A DNA stretch of 64,000 nt from positions 76,909 to 140,908 of the forward strand of contig CAJWLU010000008.1 in NCBI GenBank assembly GCA_913043225.1, in the 5' to 3' direction. The position numbers and the translations under genes are program-made. This document shows positions 52,893 through 61,883 of the stretch, piece by piece; within the stretch, counting starts at the first letter, position 1, and every line of letters begins with the position of its first letter. The stretch is from an uncultured Acidobacteriota bacterium (GTDB lineage Bacteria; Acidobacteriota; Vicinamibacteria; Vicinamibacterales; UBA8438). The notes beneath the pieces are model-generated. The model had not been told where the DNA came from and ran no database searches. It saw only the letters and a program-made list of their open reading frames with translations.

Positions 52893-54305
52893 CTAGCGGC
52901 TCGCGCCTAGTTCTTTCAACAGTTGCACTGACGCGTTGTCGTCGTCGCCTCTGGCCAGTGCCAGTGGCGTGCGGCCTTCGTCGTCCTCGGCCTCCAGGTT
53001 TGCCCCACGTTCCACCAGTAGACGGATCACCGACCCGTGCCGGCGTCTGGCGGCCGTATGCAGCGCCGTGGTGCCGCCGGTATCCGCCGCGGCTACGGGT
53101 ACCCCGGCGTCGAGGGCGGCTTCCGCGGCCGCGCGCACGACCCTCTGTTGCGCGGCCGGATCAGCCACCACCCCGGGTTCGACCCGTTGCCTGGTAGCGA
53201 CGGCGGCCAGAAGTGCCGTCGTGCCCGAGTCGGTCGTCATCGAGGCGTCGCCGCCGTGCTCCATGAGGGTCCGCATGATCTCCGGGCGGCCGAAGTGCGC
53301 GGCGAGCCAGAACGGTGTGGCGCCGACCACGCCGTGTTCGAGGACGAAGTCCGGGCTGTTGCGCCGGCCCGGGCTGCCGTGCTCGATGGGTGCGTCTGGG
53401 TTTGCGCCAGCGCCGAGCAATGAGCGCGCGAGGGCGCCATCACCCCGAAGAATAGCCCCATGAAGCGCGGTGTACCCCGCGTCTGACGCGTTCGGGTCGG
53501 CGCCCTCGGCGAGTAGGTAGCGCGCCAGCGCGCCGTGACCACTCATGGCCGCGACTACTAGGGCGCTATTGCCCATCGGCGACGCGTCGTTCACGTCGGC
53601 CCCGGCGGCTACGAGGTGGCTGGCAGTCTCCACGTCGCCGTGGCGCGCGGCAAAGAGCATCGCGGTGTTCCCGCCCTGGCTGGTGTCGAAGACGCCCGTA
53701 GGTGCGAATCCGGCCGTCCGGGTGTGCATGCGACGGGGGCGTTCCGACGAACGAAGATGCATGTCGGCGCCTCGTGCCGCCAGGAGCTCCACCACTTCGG
53801 CATGGCCTTCGGCGATGGCCCACATTAGGGCCGTCTGCCCTCGAGTTGCCTCCTGGGCGTCGAGCTGGGCGCCAGCGTCGACCAGATGCCGGACCACGTC
53901 GCGGTTACCCGTGCGGGCGGCGGTCATCAGTATCGTTTCACCTGATGGCAACGCGGCGTTGGCGTCGGCGCCAGCCTCCAGCAGCAGTTTGGTCATGGCC
54001 GGGCTGCCGTTCATGCCGGCCAGCCAGAGCGGGGTGGCGCCAAACTCATTGGCGGCGCCGGCGGTCACGCCAGCCTCGACGAGCGACGTCGCCATCGCTA
54101 GGTCGTCGTGGTGCGCGGCCCAGTGGAGTGCGGTGGCGCCATCGGCCTGTGGAGTATCCGGATCGGACCCGTCGGCGAGCAGGGTGGCGACCCTGTTAGC
54201 GTCGCCTTCTCTGGCGGCGTCGAGCAGGGGGCTCGTCTGGCTCCATGACAGGGTCGCCGTCGCGACCAGGCACATTCCCGTGAGGGCAAGCGTTCGTCTT
54301 TGCAC
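52893..54305 (-). CDS. Exported ankyrin repeat protein (start approximate)
   Basis: GATALHWAA, GATPLWLA, GQTALMWA, GTTALHTAA repeats; signal peptide SWS-Q. Confidence 0.9.
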   Translation of the reverse strand: MQRRTLALTGMCLVATATLSWSQTSPLLDAAREGDANRVATLLADGSDPDTPQADGATALHWAAHHDDLAMATSLVEAGVTAGAANEFGATPLWLAGMNGSPAMTKLLLEAGADANAALPSGETILMTAARTGNRDVVRHLVDAGAQLDAQEATRGQTALMWAIAEGHAEVVELLAARGADMHLRSSERPRRMHTRTAGFAPTGVFDTSQGGNTAMLFAARHGDVETASHLVAAGADVNDASPMGNSALVVAAMSGHGALARYLLAEGADPNASDAGYTALHGAILRGDGALARSLLGAGANPDAPIEHGSPGRRNSPDFVLEHGVVGATPFWLAAHFGRPEIMRTLMEHGGDASMTTDSGTTALLAAVATRQRVEPGVVADPAAQQRVVRAAAEAALDAGVPVAAADTGGTTALHTAARRRHGSVIRLLVERGANLEAEDDEGRTPLALARGDDDNASVQLLKELGASR

Positions 54306-54331
54306 GCCATGAGGGTGTACCCCGAGGCGCC

Positions 54332-55318
54332 TTAGGTCAAGTCCTGGTGTCGGCGGGCTGCGGTCCAGCGCTGACGATACACGTCGGCGATAACCGCCAG
54401 GACGATCACGCCGCCGGTGACGAGCCGTTTGGTCGGGTCCTGCACGCCGATCTGGCTCAGTCCGGTCGCCAGCACGCCCATGATGACCACGCCGAGCGAG
54501 CTGTTTACGGCCGAGCCTTTGCCGCCCATCAGCCGGGTGCCGCCGATGACGGCGGCCGCGATCGCACTCAGCTCGAACCCGGTGCCAGCGTTGGGGTCTG
54601 CCGAGGCCAGCCGCGCGACCTGCATCACGCCGGCCACGGCGGCGAGCAGCCCCGACAGGGCGAAGATGGTCAGCTTGACGCGACGAGTGTCGACGCCGGC
54701 TAGTCGTACCGCTTCTTCGTTCGTGCCGATGGCGATCGCCTGTCGCCCGAGCACGGTGCGGGTCAGCACCACCTCGGCGAGGATCACCAGCGCGACGGCG
54801 GCAAGGAAGGGCGCCGAGAGCCCGAGCCATGACAGATCGGCCAGCCACTCGATGTCGGTGCCGATGTACTGGGTCCGCGACCCGGTCACCAGATAGGCGC
54901 CCCCGCGCGCCGCCTCCATCATCCCCAGGGTTACGATGAAGGAGGGGAGCGCCCACCGGACGACGATGGCGCCGTTGACCAGCCCAGCCAGCAGGCCCGT
55001 GGTCAAGCCGGCCGCGATCGCTGCCGGCCAGTTCCAACCGAGCTGGGTCATGGCCACGCCCAGCACCCCTTGGCTGACAGCCAGGACCGAGCCGACCGAG
55101 AGGTCGATTCCGCCAGCAACGAGGACGAGGGTCATCGCGACAGCGAGTGTGAGCGCTGTGGGGAGTTGGTTGGCGATGGTGGCCAGTGAGGCGCTCGTCA
55201 GGAACGCGTCGCTCAGCAGACCGAAGCCGAGACTCAGCGTGACGAGCACGCCGACAAGGCTCAGTCCCTCACGCATGGTCAGCTCTGCCAGGAGACGGTG
55301 ACGCGCTTGGGGCGACAT
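54332..55318 (-). CDS. rbsC: Ribose-type ABC transporter permease (start may be 55276)
   Basis: GGIDLSVGS, PSFIVTLG, IGTNEEAVRLAG, AAAVIGGT. Confidence 0.85.
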   Translation of the reverse strand: MSPQARHRLLAELTMREGLSLVGVLVTLSLGFGLLSDAFLTSASLATIANQLPTALTLAVAMTLVLVAGGIDLSVGSVLAVSQGVLGVAMTQLGWNWPAAIAAGLTTGLLAGLVNGAIVVRWALPSFIVTLGMMEAARGGAYLVTGSRTQYIGTDIEWLADLSWLGLSAPFLAAVALVILAEVVLTRTVLGRQAIAIGTNEEAVRLAGVDTRRVKLTIFALSGLLAAVAGVMQVARLASADPNAGTGFELSAIAAAVIGGTRLMGGKGSAVNSSLGVVIMGVLATGLSQIGVQDPTKRLVTGGVIVLAVIADVYRQRWTAARRHQDLT

Positions 55319-56816
55319 GGCTACTGAAGGCGGCGGTCATGATTGCCTCCGGATCAAAGATCGGGCCCTTGAAGGTGGCGACGAGGCGGCCCCTCGACAG
55401 GACCGCAATCCGGTCAGATAGGGTCGTCAGCTCTCGAAGGTCCGAGGAGACAAGCAGTACCGCGCTCCCGCTGTCGGCCAGCCCGGCGAGGAGCTGATGG
55501 ATCTCGGCGCGCGCGCCGGCGTCGATGCCGCGGGTGGGCTCGTCGAAGATCAGGATCCGTGGTTCGCGGAGCAGCCAGCGGGCGATCAGGGTCTTTTGCT
55601 GATTGCCGCCGCTCAACCGGTCGATCGGCTGCTCGGTCGAGGTACACTTCACGCGGAGTCGGTGGATTAGGGCATCGACAGCGGTCTGCTCCGCCGTGCG
55701 ATCCATCCAGCCAAAGCGACGCGCGAGACGGCCCAGGCTGGCTAGGGCGACGTTTACGCGGACCGGGAGCGAACCGAGGAGGCCGTGCCGATGGCGGTCT
55801 TCGCCCAGCATGGCGATGCCCCGCTTGACAGCCTGACGTGGAGACGCGAATCGCTGGCCGTCCTCGTCGTCATCGACACGAAGTTCTCCGCCGACCGCGG
55901 TGTCAGCGCCATAGACGGCCCGCATCGTCTCGCTCCGACCGGCCCCGACCAGTCCGGCAAAACCCAGCACCTCGCCCCAGTGCAGGTCGAAGCTGATGCT
56001 CTGGACAGCCGGTCCTGCCTCGAGACTGCGTACCCGGAGCGCTGGTTGGTCAGAGGATGGCGTGGTGCGGGTGACGGCGTCAGCCACGGTCCGCCCCACC
56101 ATCAGTCGGATGAGCTCTTCGGTCGACACCGCGTCGGTCGGCTTCGAGGCCACCTGTCGTCCATCGCGCAAGACCGTGACCCGATTGGCCAGGCGGAGGA
56201 TTTCCTCGAGCCGATGTGAGATGTAGAGCAGGGCAGTACCCTGCGTCTGGAGCTCGCCCAGCACCTCGAATAGCCGCTCCGCTTCAGCATCAGTCAGCGC
56301 GGCGGTGGGTTCATCCAGCAGAAGGAGGCGGCACGGCAAATGGATCGCCGCCGCAATTTCCACCAGTTGGCGCTGGCCGATGCCCAGGCTGGCCATAGGC
56401 TGCCCCGGGGCGACCTGCTGAAGGCCCACGCGGTCGAGGAGTGGACGGCTCTCACGCGCAAGCGCTTCTCGGTCGATCCAACCCCAGTTATGGGGCCACT
56501 GCTCAAGAAAGAGGCTCTCGCCGACGGTCAAGGTCTCGACCGCGACGAGCTCTTGGAGGACGGTACGGACACCGCGCGCCGTCGCTTCGGCGCGGTCCGT
56601 TGGGCGATACGGCGCGCCGTCTAGCGTCATGGCACCCCCCGAGGCAGGGGTCAGGCCAGAGAGGATCTTGACCAAGGTGGTCTTGCCCGCGCCGTTCTCA
56701 CCCACGAGGGCATGGCATTCGCCCGGCCTGAGATCGAGGTCGACGCCCTCGATCACTGGCACGTCGTAGCTCTTCTCAAGCCCCTTGGCGACGAGTAGTG
56801 CCCTGCCGTCGGTCAT
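55269..56816 (-). CDS. rbsA: Sugar ABC transporter tandem ATPase
   Basis: GENGAGKT, LDEPTAAL, LSGGNQQK, DEPTRGID. Confidence 0.88.
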   Translation of the reverse strand: MTDGRALLVAKGLEKSYDVPVIEGVDLDLRPGECHALVGENGAGKTTLVKILSGLTPASGGAMTLDGAPYRPTDRAEATARGVRTVLQELVAVETLTVGESLFLEQWPHNWGWIDREALARESRPLLDRVGLQQVAPGQPMASLGIGQRQLVEIAAAIHLPCRLLLLDEPTAALTDAEAERLFEVLGELQTQGTALLYISHRLEEILRLANRVTVLRDGRQVASKPTDAVSTEELIRLMVGRTVADAVTRTTPSSDQPALRVRSLEAGPAVQSISFDLHWGEVLGFAGLVGAGRSETMRAVYGADTAVGGELRVDDDEDGQRFASPRQAVKRGIAMLGEDRHRHGLLGSLPVRVNVALASLGRLARRFGWMDRTAEQTAVDALIHRLRVKCTSTEQPIDRLSGGNQQKTLIARWLLREPRILIFDEPTRGIDAGARAEIHQLLAGLADSGSAVLLVSSDLRELTTLSDRIAVLSRGRLVATFKGPIFDPEAIMTAAFSSHVAPSASPSPGRADHA

Positions 56817-57802
56817 GGCATCGTGTCGGCCATGATCAGCGTAACCTCAGTCTGGAGATCGGCAGGGGTTTCACCACCGTCCAGGATGGCCAGGGCGTGT
56901 TCAATGCCGTTGACGGCAATCTGGTCCGCATGTTGGTCGACGGTCGCCAGCACCGAACCGTTCCGAACCAGCTCCTGCACGGCGGAGATGTTGTCGAACC
57001 CGACAATGGCCACGTCCTCGGAACGCCCCGCTGCCCGCACCGCGGCAGCTGCGCCCAGGGCCATGCTGTCGTTGGCGCAGAGCAGTGCGGTCAGCTCCGG
57101 GTGGGCTAGGAGCAGGGCCGCAGCCACGCCATTGGCGCGGTCCATTTCCCAGTAACCCGACTGCGCGGCGACCACGGCCATGCCGGCCGCCTGCATCGCA
57201 TCTTCGAAACCGAGGCGACGCTGGAGGGCGTTGTAGGCGCCGGGAGCGCCCTCGATGATGGCCACCTCGTCCCCTGGGTTCAGGGTGCCGGCGAGGACCT
57301 CGCCGGCCTGTCGGGCTCCACCTCGGTTGTCCGGACCTACGAATGGGATGTCGAGACCACGTTCCGCCAGGGCGTCCTCGTCGAGTCGGTTGTCGATGTT
57401 GACTACCGTCACGCCGGCCTCGACGGCGCGCGCGGCAGCCGAGACCAGGGCCTGCGAGTCGGCCGGGGCCAGCACCAAGACATCCGCGCCACGAGCAACC
57501 ATCTGTTCCATCAGGTCGATCTGTCGGGCGACATCCAGCTCGTCCTTGATGCCCTCGGCGATCAGCTCATACCGATCCGGGTTGGTCTGCTGGTGGGCAC
57601 GGGCACCGTCCTCCATCGTCAGGAAGAACTCATTCGCCAACGACTTCATGACCAGCGCCACGACCGGCCGGTCGTTCGATACGACAGGGGGATCGGCATC
57701 GTCAGAAGACGGCTCCGAGCTGGTGCATCCGAGACTGAACAGCCCGAGCGCGGCGAGCGCCGGGAGGAAAACGTAACGGGACCGGGTCCATCGGCTCTGC
57801 AC
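56813..57802 (-). CDS. rbsB: Ribose-type sugar-binding lipoprotein
   Basis: SLGC lipobox; ALVMKSLANEFFLTMEDGA, CANDSMALGA, VGFDNI. Confidence 0.82.
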   Translation of the reverse strand: MQSRWTRSRYVFLPALAALGLFSLGCTSSEPSSDDADPPVVSNDRPVVALVMKSLANEFFLTMEDGARAHQQTNPDRYELIAEGIKDELDVARQIDLMEQMVARGADVLVLAPADSQALVSAAARAVEAGVTVVNIDNRLDEDALAERGLDIPFVGPDNRGGARQAGEVLAGTLNPGDEVAIIEGAPGAYNALQRRLGFEDAMQAAGMAVVAAQSGYWEMDRANGVAAALLLAHPELTALLCANDSMALGAAAAVRAAGRSEDVAIVGFDNISAVQELVRNGSVLATVDQHADQIAVNGIEHALAILDGGETPADLQTEVTLIMADTMP

Positions 57803-59155
57803 TTATCGAGGCTCCTCACCTGCGACCTGCTCCAGAGCTGGCACGACCGGCGCCTGGCGGGGAATCGAGATGCGCGTATCGGTGATTTCTCCGCCATTGG
57901 CGACGATGTTCTGGTGGCCTACCTCCACCGTGGCCGCGATAATGTCGTCCCACTGGATGACCTCGGGGTAGATCTCCTCGACGGTCAGGCGTGTCCGGGT
58001 GGCGGAGGCGTTGCTGATCGGGAGATCCCGAAGCTCATTCCAGGGGGCCGGGATGTTCGACATGCCCAGGATGGTGCCGATGATGCCGGCCGAGGTCGAG
58101 GGGTTGCAGTCACTGTCCAGACCGCACCGCATCGAGATGTTCATGGTCTTCCAGAAGTCGCCCTCGCCATAGAGGAGGCCGAGGTAGACGCACGCGCCGT
58201 TGGTGCGGACGTCCAGGCCCAGAAACTGTCCCCATTTGTCGAAGATGACCTCCCAGGCCGCCTCCCAGTCGTCCGGGTTTGTGTCGTGGGCCGCGATGAC
58301 GTCGTGGATCATCTCGGCGTACCCGCTTTCTGGAGGAATCACTGTCAGGCTGTGTTCGACCAGTCGTCGGACATCACTCTCGAAGAAGGCTTCCCCGTAC
58401 ATGGCCGCGACCGCCATCCCGGCATACACGCCGTCTCCGTAGTTCATCAGGTGACCGGCTCGGTCCGCAAGGTCATTGCTTGCCTGTGGAAGTCCCGGGG
58501 AGATGAGGCCGAAGATGTCCGACTCAATCTGGAAGTCGATGGCGTTACCGAGCGAGCTGTAGTCGGGGTTGCCCGACCGCGGTGGCCAGACTTCGGCCTG
58601 GAAGTTCTCGAACGCGTTTTTGTTGGCGCCCCAGATCATGTTGGGGTCCAGGTAGTTCACCCACGCCTCGGCCATTTGCTGGTCGGTGACGTCGAGTCCA
58701 TACTCCTGAAAGGAGTGGAGGAACAGGAACTCGATATACAGGTCGTCCTGCGAGGGCATCTGTTGTGGCGTGTAGGGCTCCCAGTTTTCGCGGTCGTTCT
58801 TGTACCGCCGCATGATGTCCAGCATCTCCTGGTATTGCTGGGCTTCGATGTAGGGCTGGGCCTCCTCGTAGTAGAGCTCCGGCTTCAGGCGGTAGTAGCC
58901 GTCGAAATCGTGCGGGATGATCTCGCCTGGCCACAGGAACTCAGTGGGTGCGCCAAAGAGTACGCCGACGGCCTGGCCGATCCATCCTCCGGCTACCTTG
59001 TCCTCATAGACGTCGCGCGTCAGCGTCCGCATCTCGGGCGCCTGCGCTGCCTCGGCCGGCTGGGCTACCTGGCTGTCGACGCAGCTGACGCAGGTGGCCG
59101 CGATGAGGGTGGACAGTAGGAACACACGGGCGCGTCTGGGGCTGAGAAAGGTCAT
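57803..59155 (-). CDS. Exported ADP-ribosylglycohydrolase-family protein
   Basis: DKVAGGWIGQAVGVLFGAPTEF, QDDLYIE, IDFQIESD, GLDSDCN; signal or lipoprotein N-terminus. Confidence 0.82.
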   Translation of the reverse strand: MTFLSPRRARVFLLSTLIAATCVSCVDSQVAQPAEAAQAPEMRTLTRDVYEDKVAGGWIGQAVGVLFGAPTEFLWPGEIIPHDFDGYYRLKPELYYEEAQPYIEAQQYQEMLDIMRRYKNDRENWEPYTPQQMPSQDDLYIEFLFLHSFQEYGLDVTDQQMAEAWVNYLDPNMIWGANKNAFENFQAEVWPPRSGNPDYSSLGNAIDFQIESDIFGLISPGLPQASNDLADRAGHLMNYGDGVYAGMAVAAMYGEAFFESDVRRLVEHSLTVIPPESGYAEMIHDVIAAHDTNPDDWEAAWEVIFDKWGQFLGLDVRTNGACVYLGLLYGEGDFWKTMNISMRCGLDSDCNPSTSAGIIGTILGMSNIPAPWNELRDLPISNASATRTRLTVEEIYPEVIQWDDIIAATVEVGHQNIVANGGEITDTRISIPRQAPVVPALEQVAGEEPR

Positions 59156-59285
59156 GTCACTCCGTTCGGGGTGGGTGGCGATGGAGTCGGGCCGCTGGCC
59201 CATCAGAATCGACGATGTATACCACACTGGATGCGGTCGGAGCTTGGTTTCCGCCAGCCTACTGTGTGCCGCCGCGCCGTACGGA

Positions 59286-59494
59286 TTAGCGTCGGAACCT
59301 GGCACGTCGGCGGCCGGCCCTGGCGTTCTTGTCGACGCGAAGCTGCCTGGCCGTCCTGAGCACGCCGGCCAGGGTGGCAAAGGTCCGGCCGTTCACCCGA
59401 AAGTTGGCGTTGCCCATGTGGGGTTGTCCTCGGGCCCTTCAGGGGTGAGCGCCAGGCGTCGGAAATCATCGGTGGTGGCCGTGAAGTCGGTCAT
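59286..59494 (-). pseudogene. Frameshifted MmcQ/YjbR-family gene remnant
   Basis: MTDFTATTDDFRRLALTPEGPEDN, then a frameshift near 59420 gives HMGNANFRVNGRTFATLA (family motif HMG.pdFRV.GriFATL). Confidence 0.65.
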
Positions 59495-59558
59495 GGCGGC
59501 CCACGTGGCCGGCGTCCAGCATGCCACCCGCGTGAGCCGCGCCGTAGAATGGAGCATT

Positions 59559-61871
59559 ATGAGAACCTTGAGCATACGTTTGCTCTATGTGTTGGTATGC
59601 CTGATCACGGCAGGTTGTGGCGGCCCTTTGCCAGCCGTTTCACTCGACGAGCTTGCTCATAAAGCCCTAGCGCAGATTGAGGGCGAACTGGTCGTGCCAG
59701 GGCTTGGCGAGGCGGTCGAAGTGGTGCGCGACCGCTGGGGCGTGCCCCACATCTACGCGGAGAATGACGACGATCTGTTCTTTGCCCAGGGGTATGTCAT
59801 GGCCCAGGACCGCCTTTGGCAGATGGAGATGTGGCGCCGCTGGCATGAAGGGCGCCTGGCGGAGATCTTTGGTCCGCTCGCGCTCGACTACGACCGCAGG
59901 ACCAGGCTGATGATGTATCGCGGTCCCTGGGACGACTCGGAGTGGTCCAGCTACCATCCCGATGCTGAGCGGCTGTTCACGGCGCATGCCTCCGGCGTCA
60001 ACGCCTACATCGACCAACATCGCGACAACCTGCCGGTCGAGTTCCAGCTCACCGGCATCGTGCCGGAGCCCTGGACGGCGGAGACGGTGGTGCTGCGGTG
60101 GGCCGCGCTGGCCGTGCCCAGTGTGAGGGGGCACGCCATTCAGGAGATGCGGCTGGCCCGCGACGTGGCGCGGTTGGGTGTCGAGGAGGCGAATCGTCTG
60201 GCCGGTCCTGATCCGTGGGACGACCTGGTGGTGCCCGAAGGTCTCGATGTCGGACTGATCACTGACAAGATCATCGAGGCGATGGAGACCGGCGACGGCG
60301 ACCCGTTCTTGCCCGGTCGTTTGCCAGCGCTCGAGGTGGTGGAGGCGTATCGCGGACTCGCATCGGGGATCCCGGTGGCCCGCATGGTCGAGGGCCCGGC
60401 CGGCATCGAGGGGAGTAACAACTGGGTGATGAGCGGTGCGCGCAGTCCGACCGGTGTTCCGATCCTGGCCAACGACCCGCACCGTCGCATCGAGATGCCA
60501 GCCCTTCGCTACTTCGTCCATCTAGTGGCGCCCGGCTGGAACGTGATCGGGGGTGGGGAGCCGCCGTTCGCCGGAGTCGATGCGGGCAACAACGAGAGGC
60601 TGGCCTGGGGCTTCACCTTCGCCGGCACCGATATGGTCGATGTCTACGTCGAGCAGCTGCACCCGGAGGATCCGACCCTGGTGCGTTGGCAGGACGGCTG
60701 GGAGCCGCTACGCCTGCTCGAGGAGAAAATTCCGGTCAAGGGACGGGATCCGGAACGGGTGGTCCTGAAGTTCAGTCGCCATGGGCCGGTGTTCTACGAG
60801 GATCTAGAGAACGGATTGGCGTATGCAGTGCGCTCGGTCGTGCAGCATCCGGGCACCGCCGCCTACAAGGGAAGCTTCCAGCTGGCCCAGGCAAAGGGCT
60901 GCGACGATTTCTTCGACCGGGCCATGCACTGGCTCGTGCCGACACACAGTCTCATCTGCGGTGATGTGGACGGTAACATCGCGCTCCAGGTGACCGGATT
61001 AACGCCGGACCGGGACGGCTGGAACGGCCGACTGCCGGTGCCGGGCGACGGGCGCTACGAATGGCGAGGATTTCGCACCGACCTCCCGCGGGAGTTCAAC
61101 CCGGAGCGGGGCTACATCGTCACGGCGAACAACAACGTGCATCCGCCCGACTACGAAGGGCGTCCCGTTTTCTATCACTCCTGGCGCGGGGTGGAGACGT
61201 CACGCATTACCCGTTTGCACCAGCTGCTCGGGACCGCCTCGGCGCTGACGGTCGACGACCATCGGCGCATTCAGCACGACGTGCTTCTGCTGAGGGCCGA
61301 GCGCGACCTCGTCGCGTTCCAGGGCTGGACGTCCGAGGATCCGGACGTGGAGTGGGCTAGGGCGCAGATTGCCGAGTGGGATGCTCGGTTGACGCGGGAC
61401 AGCATAGCCGCTGCGCTCTACGTGCGGTGGAGAGATGAGGTCAATGCGGGGGCCCGCGACGCGGAATCACAAGAGGCGCGACGACGGTTTATCGAGGAGG
61501 GGCTGCGAGCCGCCGTGCTGCGGCTGACGCGAGAGCTTGGTCCCAACCGGTCGGGGTGGCGGCACGGCCGGGTGCATGCCAGCACGCTGCCGCACATGAT
61601 GTCGCCAGCCTTCGATCTTCCCACGGTGGAACGGCCGGGCGGTTTCGGGACCGTCAACGCCACCGGCGCCAACTTCAGGCGCATCATCGATCTCGCTGAC
61701 CTGGACCGGTCAGTGGCTAGCAACGCCCCCGGACAGTCGGCTCAACCGGGCAGCCCGTTCTATGGCAATTTGGTTGACCATTTGGGAAACGGAGAGTACT
61801 TTCCGCTGCTCTACAGTCGCGAGGCGGTCGATGCGGAAATGGCGCATCGGCTCTGGCTCCGGCCCGAGTAG
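59559..61871 (+). CDS. Penicillin acylase / AHL acylase family Ntn-hydrolase (lipoprotein)
   Basis: TAGC lipobox; RDRWGVPHIYA, AQDRLWQME, GSNNW (catalytic Ser), ANDPH, TANN, PGQS. Confidence 0.92.
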   Translation: MRTLSIRLLYVLVCLITAGCGGPLPAVSLDELAHKALAQIEGELVVPGLGEAVEVVRDRWGVPHIYAENDDDLFFAQGYVMAQDRLWQMEMWRRWHEGRLAEIFGPLALDYDRRTRLMMYRGPWDDSEWSSYHPDAERLFTAHASGVNAYIDQHRDNLPVEFQLTGIVPEPWTAETVVLRWAALAVPSVRGHAIQEMRLARDVARLGVEEANRLAGPDPWDDLVVPEGLDVGLITDKIIEAMETGDGDPFLPGRLPALEVVEAYRGLASGIPVARMVEGPAGIEGSNNWVMSGARSPTGVPILANDPHRRIEMPALRYFVHLVAPGWNVIGGGEPPFAGVDAGNNERLAWGFTFAGTDMVDVYVEQLHPEDPTLVRWQDGWEPLRLLEEKIPVKGRDPERVVLKFSRHGPVFYEDLENGLAYAVRSVVQHPGTAAYKGSFQLAQAKGCDDFFDRAMHWLVPTHSLICGDVDGNIALQVTGLTPDRDGWNGRLPVPGDGRYEWRGFRTDLPREFNPERGYIVTANNNVHPPDYEGRPVFYHSWRGVETSRITRLHQLLGTASALTVDDHRRIQHDVLLLRAERDLVAFQGWTSEDPDVEWARAQIAEWDARLTRDSIAAALYVRWRDEVNAGARDAESQEARRRFIEEGLRAAVLRLTRELGPNRSGWRHGRVHASTLPHMMSPAFDLPTVERPGGFGTVNATGANFRRIIDLADLDRSVASNAPGQSAQPGSPFYGNLVDHLGNGEYFPLLYSREAVDAEMAHRLWLRPE

Positions 61872-61883
61872 AGGGTAGGTTCT

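Noticed and set aside
977..59119. Long antisense ORFs (e.g. 977..1930, 15393..17177, 21846..23546, 29675..31204, 57593..59119)
   Set aside because: They mirror well-supported genes and are expected shadows in high-GC DNA; no motifs.
33719..61871. Long N-terminal extensions in the ORF track (36184, 55037, 59380, 59094; also 31158, 18771, 17117)
   Set aside because: They overlap neighbouring genes or are low-complexity; downstream starts with SD, signal peptide or stop-start overlap fit better.
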